Source: Calcarisporiella thermophila CBS 279.70 (lineage: Eukaryota; Fungi; Calcarisporiellomycota). Taken from it: a DNA stretch of 64,000 bases. Below are positions 41,301 to 51,286 of the stretch, one piece after another (positions within the stretch are counted from its first letter, which is position 1; every line of letters starts with the position of its first letter). The notes under the pieces were generated by a model. The model was not told the DNA's origin. It did no database searches and saw only the letters and a list, made by a program, of their open reading frames with translations. A program made the translations under genes and the position numbers. Location of the stretch: the NCBI RefSeq assembly GCF_041956535.1, contig NW_027192193.1, forward strand, positions 983,192 to 1,047,191. Reading direction: 5' to 3'.

Positions 41301-41807
41301 ATTCTCAAAAATTCACTCACCGATATATATCCTCTTGCTTTGTCTCCATTTCACTCTCCATCTTGGAAAACCAATCGAAGAATTGGCGCGTTGTTTGTAT
41401 CGAATCTTCGATGCCAAGAGTCGCTGCTGTCTCACTTGCTGATGCTTGCGCAGCAGCGGTTGATTCAGCAAGCAAATTGGTAGCTGATCGTGTTCGAGGT
41501 AAAGGGGATGAGAGGTGTCGTCCAGATGCAAGGTGAACTCGACCGACTGCGGGTTGTGGGGATTGTGACGAACGTGGCATAGGCGATGAACGTGGTGATA
41601 TGTGCTTATCATCAAGGAACTGGTGATACCTTAAGTTACCATTTTCGTGTGCTGGTAACGAATGATTCTACATACCTTCTCTGGAAGAGGGAGCTCGGCA
41701 CATGCATCTTGTAGCTCTAATACACTTCGCCGCTGAATCTCTGTCAACTGAGTTTTCGACTCCCATTCCTCCAGGGTTAGCGGCGTAAACATACGAGGTT
41801 GTGCCAT
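38377..41807 (-). CDS. COG3: Conserved oligomeric Golgi complex subunit 3 (Sec34)
   Basis: [68 protein letters not shown]. Confidence 0.92.
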
Positions 41808-41996
41808 GGGAATGTAGGTGGATTCATCGATGGAATTTTCTCTGTGCAGCGAGCTGGTTACTCCAGTGTCGCGTTGCAAAATTTGCTGCGCCACTTTAGC
41901 AATTTTCTTTTTCTTCGGGAGGAGAATTTTTTTCGCGAGAGGGAACAAGTTTCTTCGAGACTGAGAGAACATCTCGGAGAACATTTTGCCAACAAG

Positions 41997-43095
41997 ATGA
42001 TGCTATATAGGATTGTCGTTCTCGGCGATGGTGGTGTCGGGAAAGTAAGTACCTCAACTAGCTTCTACCCTATTTCATCTTAAATATGCTGCATCCCTAC
42101 TGATATTTTCCACTCTCGCCGACTCTAACAATTCCGGGGGAGAGTGGAGAGTTGACTATTATACCATACAGATTACTAACTTCTCAAAATAATGACTAAT
42201 GAATCGTTTTCTCCTATACTTTTTTCCTTATTAGACTGCTCTGACAATTCAGGTTCGGCTCTCTACCTATTCTATTTTTATCATAGATATTACGAATGGA
42301 GTTTTGAGAATTTTTTTCTTATCGTTATAACTAACTCTCTTTTTGCATATTACATATTTTTCCCATCCGTAGTTGTGTTTAAATCACTTTGTTGGTAAGT
42401 CTGATGTTTTCATTTATTTAACAGACTCAATTTTCTTATGTGTTATTTTTTATCCATCCGTCTTTATTTCCGCTTCTTTATCTAGAGGTATGTCCATCGA
42501 TATATTTATCCCCTTACTCAAAAGCTTAAAGGCTGCTTTTCTCATAGACGTATGATCCTACCATCGAAGACTCATATAGGAAGCAAGTTGTCATTGACAA
42601 CCAACCATGCATTCTTGAAGTGCTTGACACTGCTGGCCAAGGTATTCTCAAAATTTTGCCCAGTCTAACCATAACCAACTAATATTATCTGCCGAATCTT
42701 TTAAAGAGGAATATACTGCGCTTAGAGATCAATGGATTCGAGATGGGGAGGGTTTTCTCATTGTTTATTCCATTGCCGCGAGATCCACATTCGAACGGGT
42801 AGAGCGTTTTCGTGATCAAATCTTTCGCGTTAAGGATGTCGATAGTGTACCGCTCATCCTTGTTGGGAATAAATGTGATAAAGTCACTGAGCGGGAAGTG
42901 TCACGAGAAGAAGGATATCAGATGGCGCGCCGACTTGGATGCGAATTTATTGAAACATCTGCGAAAACTTGCGTTAACGTGGAGCGTTCATTCTATTCGG
43001 TGGTTCGCTTGATACGTGCTACACGCGAGGGCTCTACAGTTCAACAACCATCCGCAACCAAAGATAAAAAGAAAAAGAAGTGTGTGGTCATGTAA
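41997..43095 (+). CDS. ras2: Ras GTPase (fungal Ras2/RasB type)
   Basis: [16 protein letters not shown]|TALTIQ|LCLNHFVE|[13 protein letters not shown]...[22 protein letters not shown], polybasic tail and CAAX CVVM. Confidence 0.94.
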
Positions 43096-44202
43096 AACTC
43101 ACCTATAATTGTTGGAAAAAGTTTATTTTTCTCTTGTTTTTTTCCCCTGCCCCTCCTATTTTTTTTCAGCCACCCTCTTATTCCTTTTTATCTTCTTCGG
43201 AAGGAGAGTGAGACGGCGAAGCAAAAGGATGATAACATAGATGTTTGATAACATAGATATCATAATATTTATTTTGTTAGCCAAACTTTTTTTTAACTAT
43301 TTACCATCTTTTCTACTCTGTTATTAGTCTACATATAACTTTTCAGATGTTCTGTACTCTCTACTGTCATTTGATTGCTTTCTTTTTTATAACGTGTTTC
43401 CTTACTCATCCTTATTAATTGTTGTTATTCGCCTCTGCTTTTAGCACACTTTTCCGTCTCCTCTACTTCTTTTTTCCTTTTTTTTTTCTGTGCCTTTGTG
43501 TCATACCACCAATACTAACCCGACCCGCCTTAATAATATTTGTTTTTTTTTTCGAAAACTGGTGATGCGGTTGTAGGCGCAAGTGATATACACAATGCGT
43601 TCACATGATTCTAAATAATAACTCTAAAGGTGCATTGATGAGATTTGTGGGACCGTTGATGCCAGAAGCTCGGCTGCAGAGCTCGAAACCTTTTATGAAT
43701 CGGGGATCTTCATCTTACTTCGATTAAAGACGTATGCAATCTTTTCTTAGTTCGGGCGCTAGATAACGAGATTTAGGAAATTTGGATGGCACAGCCCGCC
43801 CGAATTATCAGAGAAACTGGCGCGCTATGATCCACTTTGATTTTAACTTTCGTAAAAACTTCGGGAATTTTAGCTACTTTCATCTTGAATTCGAATAAGA
43901 TCAATGGGAACACATATAATGAAGCTTGTGGTGACAACATATAGAGACGCATCCGGAATAACCTAGAAGATTTCGAAGTAGGCCGATAATCTTGTCCAGA
44001 TCTTAGTTCCGCCAAGGAGCTTCACTTTGAATATTCCTATTGGCACTATCCGGATATTCGTTTGCATTATTAGGATCATGTAAAAAATGTGTTGTTTTCA
44101 ATATCGTTATTCAAAATAAACGTAAAACGTATTGTCGAGGAAAAAAAAATACACAAAACTCTCAAGTTAACAAAGGTACCATATAAGAATAAAATATCAT
44201 CA

Positions 44203-45929
44203 TCATGTTCTTGACCATGATCTAGTGATCTCTTCCAGAGTCTTATTCTTGGTCTCCGGGACAATTCGATAGATTGCCCACGTTGAAATTGCCAACACGG
44301 CGGCAAACAACATGAATACGCCGCCTCCCAACCAAGTTTTCAGCATAAGGAACAAGTAGGTGACTGTGAAATTTGCTGACCAGTTTACTACCAAGCCCAG
44401 AGAAGAGGCCGCAGCGGCAGCCCGAGTTTCTACAATCTCAGAGGCAAGTAAGAAAGGAATCGGCCCAAGTCCCACTGCAAAAGTGGCCACAAAAGCCACG
44501 CTGGAAACGGCCGAGAGAAATCCGAAGTGATATGACATCGAAAATGAAAGAAGCAAAGATGCAATCATCATAGTACTACTTGATAGAAGAAGGAGTGTTC
44601 GGCGACCAGCTCTGTCCATCAGGTAGGCCGAGACTACTGTCATCGCTGTATTTACAATACTGATAAAGACGGTGATGAGATCAGAAGAGGTTGGCATAAC
44701 CTCAGATAGAATTGGTGTTGAATAAAAGATAACCTAAACCAACACCATTAGAGGAACGCAGGAAAGTCAATTCAATTGAAGTAACAATGATCAAGTCTAC
44801 AAGAAAGATACCCCGTTGATGCCTGAGAACTGTTGAGTTAAGTGAACCAGCAGAATTATCATTAATGGACGCCGATACTCGATGGTGAAGAGCTGGAAAG
44901 GGGTGATGTGCTTTACAGCAGGGATAGCAGGAATGGCATGCTCTGGAGGATTCTCCTCAGGCGCCTCATCCCTCTGCTCAGCAGATGAAATAAGCCCCTG
45001 TGTGTCCTCCGCCTTAACTTTAAGCCAACTTGATAGTTCGTCCTCGACATTAAGATGGCCCCGGAGTTTCTGAAGAGATCTTTTTGCCTCACTATATCCA
45101 CCCGGACGCGTTGCAAGATAACGAGGTGATTCCACACACATAGGTAATAAAGCGAGTTGAACAATGGAGATAGCTGCGCCGATCTAATGAGTATTCAAGA
45201 AATCCATACAAGAATCGATTAGAATCACTTTCAAAGCAAGGGGAGACCTCTCCACTCTAACTATAGAGATACCAGAAGAATAACGCGCCACAAGGAAAAT
45301 GTTGAAAACCACATTCCCAACAATTGGGATGCAAGGATACCTGTAACAATTCCTAATTGGTTGATCACACCAAAAATTCCGCGCAAACTAACTGGTGCAA
45401 TTTCAACCAGGTATATTGGAACAACCACAATTGCCACTCCGCATCCTACACCTGTAAGGAATCTGCCAACCATCATCCAACTCGGTGTTGTTGCAAATCC
45501 CATAACTAGTGACCCAATTGTGTAGGCTGCATTATTCAGAATAAGCGTCCAGCGACGTCCATATCGGTTCGCCAGAGAGGAAGCCGTCAAGGAGCCCACG
45601 AGGCCACCCAGAGTCAAAAGGGCAACAAGGAATGACCAAGTAGATTCGGACTTGGAAAATTGGGAAAATAAAGGAATCAGCATGTGCTTCAAAATGAATA
45701 CGCTTATGCTCACCATTTGTAGGCATGGAGGCAAATAGGAGTCGTCGCCAAAAGGGTAGTTTGATAAAAAGCCCTCAGAAGCATCGTTAGCAATGGTGTC
45801 TTTAGATTTGCAAGATGCAATCACATCCTTAGGAATGTTAAGCACCCCAGTATGATAACCAAATTGAAATGAGGCTAGTGCAACAATCGCTGCCACGAAG
45901 AGTCCATAAGGATTCAAGTCATTATGCAT
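44203..45929 (-). CDS. MFS sugar porter (GLUT/YBR241C-like)
   Basis: FQFGYHTGVLN, RYGRR, YLVEIAP..RG, VESPRYL, QQFSGIN, GLGPIPF, VPETKNK. Confidence 0.92.
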
Positions 45930-46420
45930 TTTGCTCAAAGATCTAAAGTATTCGAATCCCAAAGAACCAAGGTCTATCGGTATTCTAATAGAAAAAAGAA
46001 AAATTCGGTTTACCAGGGGATTTTCTGCAATTGTAGATAGGAAATTGCAATCAGATTTGCTATCAAATTATCTTGTCAAATATCTTTTTTACTCTGCTCC
46101 TCACGTTACCCATTATAAACTAGGCTCATCTATTTGGAAAAGTCGCGTACAACACAGGGTCTCCAGTCTAATTAACCGTTGATTTCTCTATCAGAAATTA
46201 AAAACTCAGTGAAGTGGGTGATTCGTAGATCCTTTAATGATCCATAGTGTCCGAAAATGAAATATTAAAAATCAGCCAGTGCATGTTTTATATTAAGAGA
46301 TAATATGAAAAATGAAAATTAAATATAATGTCAGTCGTGAATATCGAATATATATTCAATGCATAACGAAACGTTCGGGAGCTGGATGGCTAAACCATTT
46401 AGCCAATGCGAACTCAACAG

Positions 46421-47140
46421 CTAAAATAATTCGTTAATATGTACCTGGTTCCGTCCAAGACTTTTAGCAGCATAGAGTGCTTTGTCCGCCATTTTCAGTA
46501 GGACTTCAGGGTTTAGTTCGAGCATGTTTAACTCGCTAATACCAATTGAAACGGAAAGTGGGAAACTGTTTATCTTAAGCGATCGAACTTCCGCAAGAAG
46601 CCGATATGCTATTGCCGCCGCTTGGCGTGCCGTTGTATCCGGGGCAATGACTACAAATTCATCACCACCAAGGCGAGCTACCACAAATTCAAGACAGAGC
46701 GTAGTCCGCAAACATCTAGCCACGGCTTTCAATGCGCTATCACCGCAGCCATGTCCGTAAACGTCATTGATGAATTTCAAGTGATCAATGTCAATAAAAA
46801 GTAGGGTCAAAGGAGAGTTGACATGGTAAGATTTCAGAGTTTCCATGTACAGTCTTTTATCAAAATAGCGACGATTGGGCAAGCCGGTCAAAGAATCTGT
46901 GTAGCAAAGAAAAAGCAAATCATGCTCACGACGTACATAATGATACCCCAACAAGATGAGAATGGATAAAGTAGAGAGAAAAGTGTAGAGGTATGTCTGA
47001 TACTCAATTGACAGCTCATAGTGAATGGAAGATCCGGTATAGTCAGGATAGCAACGCAGCGCGAGTAAACCTACCGCAGCAAGGAGTGCAAGCAGAAGGG
47101 CACCAAAGTATGTCATGAACTGAGGTCGATGGCCACTCAT
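46421..47140 (-). CDS. Membrane-anchored diguanylate cyclase (2 TM + GGDEF domain), bacterial type, intronless
   Basis: TDSLTGLPNRR, FIDIDHLKFINDVYGHGCGD, ARLGGDEF, SVSIG, ADKALYAAKSLGRN; two N-terminal hydrophobic helices. Confidence 0.95.
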   Translation of the reverse strand: MSGHRPQFMTYFGALLLALLAAVGLLALRCYPDYTGSSIHYELSIEYQTYLYTFLSTLSILILLGYHYVRREHDLLFLCYTDSLTGLPNRRYFDKRLYMETLKSYHVNSPLTLLFIDIDHLKFINDVYGHGCGDSALKAVARCLRTTLCLEFVVARLGGDEFVVIAPDTTARQAAAIAYRLLAEVRSLKINSFPLSVSIGISELNMLELNPEVLLKMADKALYAAKSLGRNQVHINELF

Positions 47141-47276
47141 TTCGGTCCCATGTATTATTATAGAATTTTCATTTTAAATTAAGCAATAATTATCGGTAGA
47201 AACTTAAGATGGAGAAACATCCAAGATTCTAATTACCTTACCCCAAATGCGAAAAATATAGCCGAGTCTTAAAATG

Positions 47277-47284
47277 CAGTCACA
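47277..47284 (-). promoter_or_regulatory. HomolD-like box (CAGTCACA / TGTGACTG) upstream of the GGDEF gene
   Basis: Same 8-mer in the same orientation upstream of three other minus-strand genes (24279, 58729, 62582). Confidence 0.5.
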
Positions 47285-49088
47285 ACATCGTCAAACGCCC
47301 CTTTTACCCCGGCAACTCTCAGCAACTCTCTATTAAAAAGTGCGAGAAAGTAATTGTAAAAAAACTGCAGAGTCCACTCTATTTAAAATTATATGCATGC
47401 TATGTTAATGTTTATTAACAAAGCCAGTGCGCTGAGTTGAAATTATTAAAGTGTATAGCTGGATTTAACTATTCTTTAAACATTATCTTCAATTTTTTCA
47501 ATTCTTTATTTCTCTTTTTTTATTCAATACCTCCCATTCTAATTTGACTTACCGTATAAAAAGAGCTTTCTCTTTACCATCATTATAAATAATGGATCCC
47601 AACATTAAATTACTTCCTAACAAGATCTGCGCCAGTATTGTCCGGCTGAGATAAAGATGAGACCTCGCGACAGGTCGTTGCCACTCTGAACAGCAAAATA
47701 CACTATATTATTTATTATTCTACTTTATCACAAGTAGTCTAATACTTTAGTTAACAATCACCAATTTCCTTTCTTAAAGCAAGATTGACATTGAATTGGT
47801 TGAGGGATTGAGTTATCTGCTGCTTTCAATCTGCATACTTTGGTAATTTAATTTTTGAACATGTTGCTATGTTTAATTTTTCCATATCAAGAAAGCATCC
47901 AAGCAACAAATAAATTAAGCTCCGCTTTGACCATTTTACGTATCAAATCTAAGAATACACAGGGATAATTGAATAATCTTTCCGTGCAACGCTATAGCAT
48001 AAAATATACTTCTTTATTTCAATAATCAACCCAATCCAAGGGAATAGTGACCACTCTACGCATCATTGTAGTAAATCTGCAATAGTTTTAGATTCTTCGG
48101 ATCCTGCAGTGTATCTGCGAGCATACATACAATAACGTTTATGTGACTAAGATGTATTGGTCGGCAGAAGACTGCAATCTCGAAAATATCTCTCAATTAT
48201 AATAATTGTGTGAAGGCCAGCGCTGCAAAAGAGACTAGGAGGTTGGCACTTTTGCAAATAGGCGAAGTACATCCAGATTAGCTCCAATAAATTTTCTAGC
48301 TGAAAAGGTTGTATCTCATTCGTTACTAACTTAGTATAGCATATTACTAGTTATTGATGCTAGAAAATAACTCTGGCATTGACTTGTGTTGATAATATTG
48401 GGTTGAGTCGAATTGATACAGGAGAGCTCTAGTGCCTGTATCAAGGAAATACTTTCGGTAAAAATGAAGACGATATCACAGTGAGCAATAGTATTCGTAG
48501 AGATATTAATCCTTTCCATGACTGTGATAACTTATAACTTCATCCGTTAATTGATAGATCTGAGGAATGCAAGGTAAAAGTGCAAAATTTCATGGTATAT
48601 TAGAAAGAGTAAAAGTCTGAACTAACTATCCAATTTTTTTGGGATGGAAAGTGCGAATCTCTCTTTAAATCCAAATACTCTCGAACATTTCATGAGCATA
48701 TTAGCAATAGTTGCAACGGTCGTAGTATGAATGATGCCGAGAGGTTCTAGAGTGTCATTTGCTTAATTAACCAAAGATTAATTTACGCATTGAATGAGTT
48801 ATAGTGCACAATTCAAAGAACGGAATTTCCCACAAACCTCATTAGCATTCGATAGTATGGGAGTCAACGGTCTCCAGGGCATATCCCTTTCATGGCAATT
48901 TCCAAAGTGAACGAAAACATTCATCTTCGGCCGAGATTACTAACGGAGTTAAATAATATTAATGACTTAGAAATATCCCCCGAAGCCAACTTTCCTTTTT
49001 GAAATATTACGCCCTAGTTCATATTCTGATATATTGAGCATATAATGAGCACAGAGTAATTCCTTTTTGATACTAAAGCCATACCAAT

Positions 49089-50646
49089 ATGGCAGATAAG
49101 AAAATCAGCACTCATATTTTTATTTTTGTCAATCCCAAGTCCGGGTCACAAAAGGGGAAGGAATTAACCAATCTTGACAATGAATTTCCACTTCCTAATC
49201 GTCCGGAAATTAGTGTCCATGTGTGCAATGTCCTCGACGAAGAAGACAAGAATCGTGGATTAGCGCAATTGAAACAATTACATGATGAGGGCTGGGGTCA
49301 AAATAGGAGTCTCCAGGCGTGGTCTGCAGGGGGAGATGGGACTGTCATGGCGATAGTGCATGATTGTTTAACCAGGGGAATAGATTTAAACCGAATAACA
49401 TTTTCTTGTAAGGTGTACTCTTATCTTTAAGGGCGAGAGAAGTTATTTTATTTATTTCTTTTTGATTATTCAGGCATTCCTCTGGGAACCGGTAATGATT
49501 TTGCTCAAGGTAAACCATACGGCACATATTTAATTTTTGCGATTGACACTAACAGTTCTTTATCACCCTGAACTATTATACTGATAGTGATGGTAAGTGC
49601 ACAAATAGCTGCGATGATATGGCCATTTATCTCCTCAACTGTGGGGCTGATAATGCGCTGCGCTTTCAATAGGGATGGGGCAAAACGATGCATGGTAGAA
49701 TTGTGGGTCGGAACCTCAAAAAGTTACGCGAAATTGTAGAGAAACGAGTGGATGGAGAGGCGGCGCATCTTGATATATGGGAGATGGAAATGAGAACCTA
49801 TGACACTGGATTTGTACGCAAGTCGGGAAAGTCATATCGGGATGACCGCCAGGAGACGCTCACTCGAAAATTCAGCAACTATATATCAATCGGCGTGCAG
49901 GGATATGTTGGCTCTGAATTTGAGAAAAATCGCTCGAGTAAACGTGCCCTCAATGGATGCGTATACTTCTTCGAATCGATCAAATGGATTTTTTTCCGGC
50001 GGTTTCCAAACCTTGCTCCTCTAATGTATTATTTTGAGCAAAAAGAAAAACCCGTCCTTTATTGCTGCCGGGATGATGGGGAAGAGATTCCTGAGAAGTT
50101 CAACGATGTACCGCGTCTTATTAACAACCCAATCGAACTCGTCATCCAGAATATTCCCCATATATGGTGAAAATTCAACCAATGGCTCTATTTACGGCGG
50201 TTTTACTAACTATTCCATTTCACAGGGGGCGGGAAATTGCACTCTGGGATGAAGCAGTTAAGGGGGAAGAATGCGTGCAAAATCGATCGGGTGCATGTGA
50301 CCCAAGCAAATGGACTAAGCAACTTGCAAACGATGGGCTAATCGAAGTGTTTCTAATCCGTAGCGTAGGCTCCTATTTGAAGAAGCTTTTTGGCGAGCGC
50401 CAACATCTTTCGCGCATCGGTCAGTTTGATGAGCTGACGATCCAGTTCCGCAAACCAGAGGAAACCTTGGCAGGCGGAAACAAACATAAGATAGATCAGC
50501 TCTGTATAATGGTGGATGGGGAATTTTATACAGTTCAGCATCCTAAGAGCCTGAGTATAAAGCGTTTGACGCAAATTCTCTTACTCGGGTCAAGCCCTAA
50601 GAGGTCTCGGCTAGTACGGGATGAGAAAGTCACGAAGGGGAGCTGA
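49089..50646 (+). CDS. ATP-dependent diacylglycerol kinase (catalytic + accessory domains, no C1)
   Basis: FVNPKSG, AGGDGTV, IPLGTGNDF, GWG, LDIW, FSNYISIG, DGLIEV, VDGE. Confidence 0.88.
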
Positions 50647-51286
50647 TTTGCTGTTTACTTGTTAGTTGATTTATTGCTCTTTACTCTCTATTTATTCTCC
50701 CTTTTTTTTGCTCTACTTTCGCTGAATAGCATGACATTCGAGGTATATTTTTATATTGTCCAGAAATTTAATGACCTTCCATTCCAAGCAATATGAAACA
50801 GGCCACAAAGCGAGTTGCTGCACAGGTTTTCTGTTGTTTTTTTGGAAATCACTATTAAACTTTCGCAACGGAAAACAAACAGAAAAGCAATAGCGCAAAT
50901 AAACAAATTCCCTTTTCCTCCCTATCATCTCCAGCCCTCCCCTCCTTTCCCCCAGGGATCGAATCGTAGCTGTGTCTGCTTACAGGATTGACCGTTTCCT
51001 GTTCTTTTTTTGTTCTGCCTTTACCCTTTACTCATCATCAGTTGGATGCCCTTTCATTTCTATACTTACAATCGTTTAACCCAAGGAGCTCTTGCTTTCA
51101 TGGTTTAGCCCCAATTTCGTTACCTTCAACTTCCACTCTCTTTCAAAAGCACCCTATTCTTCTATCCTTCTTTTATTTTTTCTCCCTCTATTTCACTCAT
51201 TCATTTGACCCCATTTCTAGTAGCAAAGAATATTATCGTGTATTATACGAAGTAAATATCCAGCCATAGTTTTTTTTACGTATATC

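Noticed and set aside
41808-41984. N-terminal extension of COG3 suggested by the ORF track
   Set aside because: It would fill the shared COG3/ras promoter; [10 protein letters not shown] at 41807 is the more plausible start
46421-47140. Bacterial contamination as the explanation for the GGDEF gene
   Set aside because: Single gene, AT-rich host-like flanks, no neighbouring bacterial ORFs, host-type upstream motif; not formally excluded without reads
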